Shown: positions 13,738-18,569 of the stretch, piece by piece | Layout of the letters: each line of letters opens with the position of its first letter | Numbering within the stretch: the stretch's first letter is position 1 | Assembly: GCA_964534375.1 (NCBI GenBank) | Contig: CAZHPN010000128.1 | Location: forward strand, 1 to 18,569 | Source: an uncultured bacterium | Lineage (GTDB): Bacteria; Lernaellota; Lernaellaia; Lernaellales; Lernaellaceae | Reading direction: 5' to 3' | DNA: 18,569 nt | Notes under the pieces: model-generated | What the model saw: the letters and a program-made list of their open reading frames with translations, nothing else | The model's database searches: none | Told to the model about the DNA's origin: nothing | Translations under genes and position numbers: made by a program

Positions 13738-15321
13738 ATGAGCGAAAATCGAATTGTCGTCCGCAGTCCGTCAACAGGGGACGTGCTGGGCGAAGTGAAG
13801 AGCTACACCTTCGAGGAAGGCGTCGAGGCGATCCAGCGCGCCAAGGCCGCGCAGAAAAAATGGGCCGCCAAATCGTTTCGCGAACGCGCCGCGACGCTCA
13901 AGCGCTTCCAATTCGCGCTGGTCGATCGGGCCGACGAGGTCTGCACGCTGATCGCCAAGGAAAACGGCAAGCCGCTCACGGAGGCGATGTTCACCGAGGT
14001 CTTTCCGGTCATCGACCTGACGTCGTACTACCGCCGCAAGGCCGCGTGCATCCTGAGGGACAAGTCGATCTGGATGCACTTGCTCGTGTACCGGAAGAGC
14101 TACATCAACTATCGGCCGCGCGGGGTCGTCTTCTGCATCAGCCCGTGGAATTTCCCGTTCACCATCCCGACCGGCGAAATCGTCATGGCGCTGATGGCGG
14201 GCAATGCGATCATTCAAAAACCCGCCAGCCTGACGCCGCTGATCGCGCTGAAGACCCGCGAGTTGTTCGACCAGGCCGGCCTCGATCCCGACCTTTACCA
14301 GGTGCTGCCGATGCCCGGCGCGACCGCTTTCGACCTCATCAAAGAGGGCGTCGATTACGTCAACTTCACCGGCTCGACGGCCGTGGGCGAACGCGTCGCG
14401 GCGGAGTGCGGGCGGCTGCTGATCCCCTGCTCGATGGAGCTCGGCGGCAAGGACCCGATGATCGTCTGCGAAGACGCCAATATCAAACACGCCGCCGGCA
14501 GCATGGCCTGGGGCGCCTTCGCCAACGCCGGCCAGGTCTGCGCGTCGGTCGAACGCGCCTACGTCCACGAATCGATTTACGACAAGGTCGTCGAGCAGGT
14601 CGTGGAGCGGACCAAGCGGCTGCGCACCGGCAACCCGCTGGAAGACGGCGTTTCGGTGGGCGCCATGACCGACGCGCATCAAATGGAGATCGTCGCCCGG
14701 CACGTCGAGCAGGCCCGGGCCGCCGGCGCGAAGGTTCTGACGGGCGGCCAGCAACTCCCCGGCCCTGGGCAGTTCTATCCGCCGACCGTGCTCGTCGACG
14801 CCGACGAAAAAATGGACATCGTCGCCGAGGAGACGTTCGGCCCGGTGCTGCCGATCATGAAGTTCCACGACGACGAGGAAGTGATCGCGCGGGCCAACAA
14901 CTCCCGTTACGGCCTGAACGCTTACGTGTTCTCGGCGGACACAAAGCGCGCCCGGCGCATCGCCGAACGGCTCGAAGCCGGCACCGTGATGATCAACGAG
15001 GTGCTGATCACCCACGGCCTTTGCGAAACGCCGTGGGGCGGCGTGAAAAAAAGCGGCCTCGGCCGCGTCCACAGCGCCGAGGGCCTGCGCTCGCTGTGCG
15101 TGCCGTATCACATCAACTACGACCTGCTGCCGCAGGGGTCGTGGAGCCCGTTCTGGCATCCGTATCTGTTCCGGGTCTTCCAAATGCTGTGGGGTTCGGT
15201 GAAACTGTTGTTCGGCGGCGGCTTCGGCAACAAACTGCGCGGCCTGGGAAAGATCTTCGCGGGCGCGGCGCTGCCGAATTCGAAGACGGTCAAGAACACG
15301 CTGACCGAAGGCGCGAAATAG
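13738..15321 (+). CDS. NAD(P)-dependent aldehyde dehydrogenase
   Basis: GGGAGG SD and ATG 13738. ISPWNFP, KPAS.TP, FTGST.VG, MELGGKDP (catalytic Glu), NAGQVCAS (catalytic Cys), EETFGPV, PWGGVK.SG.G. Confidence 0.97.
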   Translation: MSENRIVVRSPSTGDVLGEVKSYTFEEGVEAIQRAKAAQKKWAAKSFRERAATLKRFQFALVDRADEVCTLIAKENGKPLTEAMFTEVFPVIDLTSYYRRKAACILRDKSIWMHLLVYRKSYINYRPRGVVFCISPWNFPFTIPTGEIVMALMAGNAIIQKPASLTPLIALKTRELFDQAGLDPDLYQVLPMPGATAFDLIKEGVDYVNFTGSTAVGERVAAECGRLLIPCSMELGGKDPMIVCEDANIKHAAGSMAWGAFANAGQVCASVERAYVHESIYDKVVEQVVERTKRLRTGNPLEDGVSVGAMTDAHQMEIVARHVEQARAAGAKVLTGGQQLPGPGQFYPPTVLVDADEKMDIVAEETFGPVLPIMKFHDDEEVIARANNSRYGLNAYVFSADTKRARRIAERLEAGTVMINEVLITHGLCETPWGGVKKSGLGRVHSAEGLRSLCVPYHINYDLLPQGSWSPFWHPYLFRVFQMLWGSVKLLFGGGFGNKLRGLGKIFAGAALPNSKTVKNTLTEGAK

Positions 15322-15364
15322 GCGGGCGGCGTACGGAGCGGACCCGTTTTTCGGGAGGGACGTG

Positions 15365-15622
15365 ATGCCGGTGAAAATCAAATTCTTTTCCACGTTGCGC
15401 GCCAAGGCCGGCTGCGACGGCATGGACGTGGACGCGAAGACCGTCGCCGAGGCGATCGGCCAGCTCGAAAAGAAATACGCGCGCAACATCGATTTTGTGA
15501 AAATACTCGGCTCGTGCAGCGCGGTGCTGAACGGCGAGAACGTCACGTTTCTGAACGGGCCGCGCACGAAACTGGGCGACGGCGACGAGTTGGTGCTGTT
15601 CCCGCCGCTCGGCGGCGGATGA
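15365..15622 (+). CDS. MoaD/ThiS family ubiquitin-like sulfur carrier
   Basis: About 85 aa, VKIKFFSTLR...VLNG...L.DGDE...FPPLGGG with C-terminal Gly-Gly. GGAGG SD. Adjacent to AOR. Confidence 0.92.
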   Translation: MPVKIKFFSTLRAKAGCDGMDVDAKTVAEAIGQLEKKYARNIDFVKILGSCSAVLNGENVTFLNGPRTKLGDGDELVLFPPLGGG

Positions 15623-15629
15623 TTTTCAA

Positions 15630-15716
15630 ACCTCTCCCACGGGGAGAGGTCGCCAAGCGCAGTGAGGCGGGTGAGGGAAACCACCCTCACCCCGGCCCTC
15701 TCCCAAGCGGAGACGG
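15630..15716. repeat. Multi-hairpin palindromic intergenic repeat (CCTCTCCC/GGGAGAGG and GGGTGAGGG/CCCTCACCC type)
   Basis: ACCTCTCCC-acg-GGGAGAGGT (15630-15650), GGGTGAGGG-aaacca-CCCTCACCC (15669-15692), and degenerate CCCTCTCCC-aagc-GGAGACGG (15696-15716). Confidence 0.8.
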
Positions 15717-15732
15717 TGAGCGAGGAGCCACG

Positions 15733-17994
15733 ATGTCCAGCAAATACGGCGGCTACATGGGCGAGGCCCTGTGGGCGGACCTGAGCAACAACGTCGTCAA
15801 GCCGCTTGACATCTCGGAGCGCGACCGCGAGTTGTTCCACGGCAACAAAGGCATGGCGGCGAAGATCCTGTGGGACCACCTCAAACCCGGGACGGACCCG
15901 TTTAGCGAAGACAACCTGTTGGTTGTCACCACGGCGCCGATCACCGGCACGGGCGCGCCGTGTTCGAGCCGGTTCAACGTCTCGACGAAGAGCCCGTTGA
16001 CCGACGGCATCATGTCCAGCAACTCGGGCGGCAACTTCGGCGTCTATCTCAAACGCGCCGGCTATGACGCGCTGGTGCTGGCGGGGCGCGCCGACCGGCC
16101 GGTCTACCTCGAAATCACCGACGAAAAAATTGTCATCCACGACGCCGCCGACCTGTGGGGCCTGGACACCGAGGCGACGCAGGAAGCGTTGCGCCGCCGG
16201 CACGGCAAGCAATCCGGCCTGCTGGTCATCGGCCCGGCGGGCGAGCACCTGGTGCGCTACGCCTGCATCATCAGCGGCGAACGCGCGAACGGCCGCGGCG
16301 GCGGCGGCGCGGTCATGGGCAGCAAAATGGTGAAGGCGATCGTCGCGACCGGCAAAAAAAAGCCGCCGATCCCCAACGAGGAAGAGTTCAAGAAGGTCAT
16401 CAAAGACTGGATCGGCATGCTGAAGGAGCATCCCACCACCGGCGGCACGCTGCCGGCCTACGGCACCGCCGGCCTGATGGGCAAAGCCAACGCGCTGGGC
16501 GTGCTGCCCACGCACAATTTTCACGAAGGCCATTTCGCCGACGCCGACGAAATCGACGGCGAGGCGCTGGCGCGGAAATATCTCAAGAAGAACGTCGGCT
16601 GCCTGTCGTGCCCGATCCGCTGCGCCCGCGTCGTGGAAATCAACGGCAAAGAGGTGAAAGGCCCGGAATTCGAGACCGTCGGCATGTTCGGTTCGAGCCT
16701 CGGCAACAACGACCTGTGGAAGATTTGCGAGTGGAATTATCTCGTCGACAAGCTGGGCATGGACACGATCACCGCGGGCAGCACCCTCTGCTTCGCCACC
16801 GAATTGGCCGAGAAGGGCATGTTGAAAGCCGACCTGCGCTGGGGCCAGACCGAGGGCGTCGAAAAGTTGTTGACGCAGATCGCCTATCGCGAGGGCCTCG
16901 GCGACGAATTGGCCGAGGGCACGATGCGCATGGCCGCGAAATTCGGCGGCGAGTCGTTCGCCATTCATAGCAAGGGGCTGGAACTGGCGGCCTACGAGCC
17001 GCGCCGGTCGTACGGCATGGGTCTCGGCTACGCGACGGCCAATCGCGGCGGCTGCCACCTCAACGCCGGCTACATGGTCTATTTCGAGAACCTCGGGCCG
17101 GTGAACGTCAAGCCGCTCTCGACGATCGGCAAGGCGGATTTGACCATTTTCCAGCAGAATCTCTTCGAATCGATCAGCGTCTGCGGCTCCTGCATTTTCA
17201 CCAGCTACGCGGTCATCCCCGGCTTCGCGGGCGCGGTGACGCCGTACGGGACGCTGGCCCAGGGCGTCGATCTGGTCCTGCGCGGCTCGGCCCCGGCGAT
17301 GGGCCTGATGTTCAAGCTGCCGCCGCAATTGCTGCCGATCCATTTGCCGATGATCCCGCACTCGAAAGTCGTCTCCGTGCTGACCGGCATGCCGCTGGGG
17401 CTCGGCGAATTCTCGGCGCTGGGCAACCGCGTTTACAACCTCGAACGCATGTTCAACGTCCGCGAGGGTCTGATCGAAAACACGCTGCCCGATCGGCTGA
17501 CCAAGACGCCGCAGGCCGAGAACAACCCGGCGACGCGCGTGCCGCTCGCCGACATGCTGCCGAACTACTACAGCGTGCGCGGCTGGGACAAGCGGGGCGC
17601 GCCGAAGAAAAGCACGCTCAAGTTCCTTGATCTGGACTTCACGTTGAAGGGCCTGCCGCTGGTCTCGAAATCCATGCGCGACGTGCAAGCGAATTTCGAA
17701 GCGCGACGCGCGGCCTATCGCGGGGCGCAGGACAAGTTGATCGACGAACGGCGCGAATTCAACAGACAATTTCCGCGCCAAGCGGAACCGCTCGCGCCGG
17801 CAAAAGCCGTGCCCGCAAAGGTCGCACCGGCCGCGCCGGCGGCCGCGCCGGCAATCGAAAAGGCTGCGCCGGCTGCGGTCGCGGCGGCGCACGCGGCGGC
17901 GCCTGCGGTGGAAAAGGCCGCGCCGGCGAAGGTCGTGACCGCCGCGCCAAAAGCGGCCCCGGCGAAGCCGAAACGGGCGCCCAAGGCCAATTAA
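15733..17994 (+). CDS. aor: Aldehyde:ferredoxin oxidoreductase family protein (W/Mo-bis-pyranopterin, 4Fe-4S)
   Basis: GAGGAG SD and ATG 15733. KSPLT, LKRAGYD, IGPAGE, GRGG.GAVMGSK, CxxCxxxC (CLSCPIRC), GPEFET, D.LGMDTI, RGGCH, GSC.F, ER.FN.REG, YY..RGWD..G.P. Confidence 0.96.
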   Translation: MSSKYGGYMGEALWADLSNNVVKPLDISERDRELFHGNKGMAAKILWDHLKPGTDPFSEDNLLVVTTAPITGTGAPCSSRFNVSTKSPLTDGIMSSNSGGNFGVYLKRAGYDALVLAGRADRPVYLEITDEKIVIHDAADLWGLDTEATQEALRRRHGKQSGLLVIGPAGEHLVRYACIISGERANGRGGGGAVMGSKMVKAIVATGKKKPPIPNEEEFKKVIKDWIGMLKEHPTTGGTLPAYGTAGLMGKANALGVLPTHNFHEGHFADADEIDGEALARKYLKKNVGCLSCPIRCARVVEINGKEVKGPEFETVGMFGSSLGNNDLWKICEWNYLVDKLGMDTITAGSTLCFATELAEKGMLKADLRWGQTEGVEKLLTQIAYREGLGDELAEGTMRMAAKFGGESFAIHSKGLELAAYEPRRSYGMGLGYATANRGGCHLNAGYMVYFENLGPVNVKPLSTIGKADLTIFQQNLFESISVCGSCIFTSYAVIPGFAGAVTPYGTLAQGVDLVLRGSAPAMGLMFKLPPQLLPIHLPMIPHSKVVSVLTGMPLGLGEFSALGNRVYNLERMFNVREGLIENTLPDRLTKTPQAENNPATRVPLADMLPNYYSVRGWDKRGAPKKSTLKFLDLDFTLKGLPLVSKSMRDVQANFEARRAAYRGAQDKLIDERREFNRQFPRQAEPLAPAKAVPAKVAPAAPAAAPAIEKAAPAAVAAAHAAAPAVEKAAPAKVVTAAPKAAPAKPKRAPKAN

Positions 17995-18015
17995 AAAAAC
18001 CGGCGAAACAAGGTC

Positions 18016-18054
18016 TTGACGCCGGGCCGAATTGCGGTATTATAGTACTTGAAT
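18016..18054 (+). promoter_or_regulatory. Sigma70-type promoter with overlapping imperfect palindrome (candidate operator)
   Basis: TTGACG (18016-18021), 16 nt spacer, TATTAT (18038-18043). Palindrome ATTgcgGTAtTATAgTACttgAAT (18031-18054), 16 of 24 positions self-complementary. Confidence 0.55.
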
Positions 18055-18074
18055 TCGTGATTAGGGAGTCGGCG

Positions 18075-18146
18075 ATGGTTATGGTGACGCGGTTGGGGGT
18101 CTCGGAAACGGCAGCGACGGCCGGCTTGCGCGGGGGAGCGGCATGA
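18075..18146 (+). other. 23-aa leader ORF translationally coupled to the 4Fe-4S gene, possibly a deleted-gene remnant
   Basis: AGGGAG SD then MVMVTRLGVSETAATAGLRGGAA*. The stop overlaps the next start (ATGA, 18143-18146). Confidence 0.4.
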
Positions 18147-18569
18147 AAGCGATGCGAAAAATCATCCGGATCGACGAAGAGCTTTGCACGGGCTGCGGCG
18201 ATTGCGTCGGCGCCTGCCAGGAGGGCGCGATCGCGATCGTCGACGGCAAGGCCAAACTGGTGAAGGAAATCTACTGCGACGGCCTGGGCGCCTGCCTCGG
18301 CCATTGCCCGACGGGGGCGTTGACGATCGTCGAACGCGAGGCGGATCCGTTCGACGAGCGCGCGACGCCGGCCCAACTCGCGACGCCTGCGCCGCCGGCG
18401 CACGCCCAGCATGGCTTCGGCGGCTGCCCAGGATCGGCCCTGCGAGAATTGAAACCGCGGCCGCCTGCCGCCGAGCGGGCGAGCGGCGCCGACGCGCCGT
18501 CGACGTTGTCGCACTGGCCGGTGCAGTTGATGCTCGTGCCGCCGCACGCGCCGTTCCTGCGCGGCGCCG
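18143..18569 (+). CDS. 4Fe-4S dicluster ferredoxin-domain protein, 3' partial (runs off the window)
   Basis: Own translation: MKAMRKIIRIDEELCTGCGDCVGACQEGAIAIVDGKAKLVKEIYCDGLGACLGHCPTGALTIVEREADPFDE...GGCPGS...STLSHWPVQLMLVPPHAPFLRGA. CxxCxxCxxxC and CDGLGACxxxCP motifs. GGGAG SD. Confidence 0.93.
   Translation, partial: MKAMRKIIRIDEELCTGCGDCVGACQEGAIAIVDGKAKLVKEIYCDGLGACLGHCPTGALTIVEREADPFDERATPAQLATPAPPAHAQHGFGGCPGSALRELKPRPPAAERASGADAPSTLSHWPVQLMLVPPHAPFLRGA

Noticed and set aside
13491..13739. N-terminal ~80 aa of the track ORF 12909-13739 as part of the transposase
   Set aside because: Transposase similarity begins at GIDLH just after the SD at 13483-13490. The upstream part overlaps the ALDH promoter region and looks non-coding.
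15630..15716. Moco/tungsten-cofactor riboswitch upstream of aor
   Set aside because: The context is tempting, but the hairpins match a generic dispersed palindromic repeat and I see no Moco RNA motif features. An Rfam cmscan would settle it.
13771..17892. 1373-aa minus-strand ORF and other long antisense or alternate-frame ORFs (142-1677, 1687-3969, 6866-8335, 9171-10847, 13602-15365, 17759-18547)
   Set aside because: They are shadows of well-supported genes in high-GC DNA with few stop codons, and show no recognisable motifs.

Overview
High-GC bacterial chromosomal window, roughly 65-70% GC by eye. Gene content suggests an anaerobic Deltaproteobacteria/Myxococcota-like lineage (inference only). 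Left half is an envelope-modification region: two paralogous lipoproteins built from a ~95-aa Trp-rich domain I cannot name (3 copies and 1 copy), divergent from two GT-C membrane glycosyltransferases, which converge on an MBOAT (AlgI/PatA-type) plus Ape1-like SGNH pair. The centre holds an orphan PIN nuclease, a His-rich membrane protein, a broken DUF488 gene and a coupled tsaD-DUF2062-rsmA operon. The right half holds a decayed IS110-family transposase, an ALDH-MoaD/ThiS-AOR operon and the 5' part of a 4Fe-4S protein gene missing from the ORF track. Notable extras: structured repeat elements that stay in frame at gene junctions, several genes that appear internally deleted while keeping both ends, a protein-like 66-codon in-frame continuation after the SGNH amber stop, and a coupled 23-codon leader ORF with a palindromic operator. 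No rRNA, tRNA or CRISPR array was seen. All family calls come from motif recognition, not database searches.
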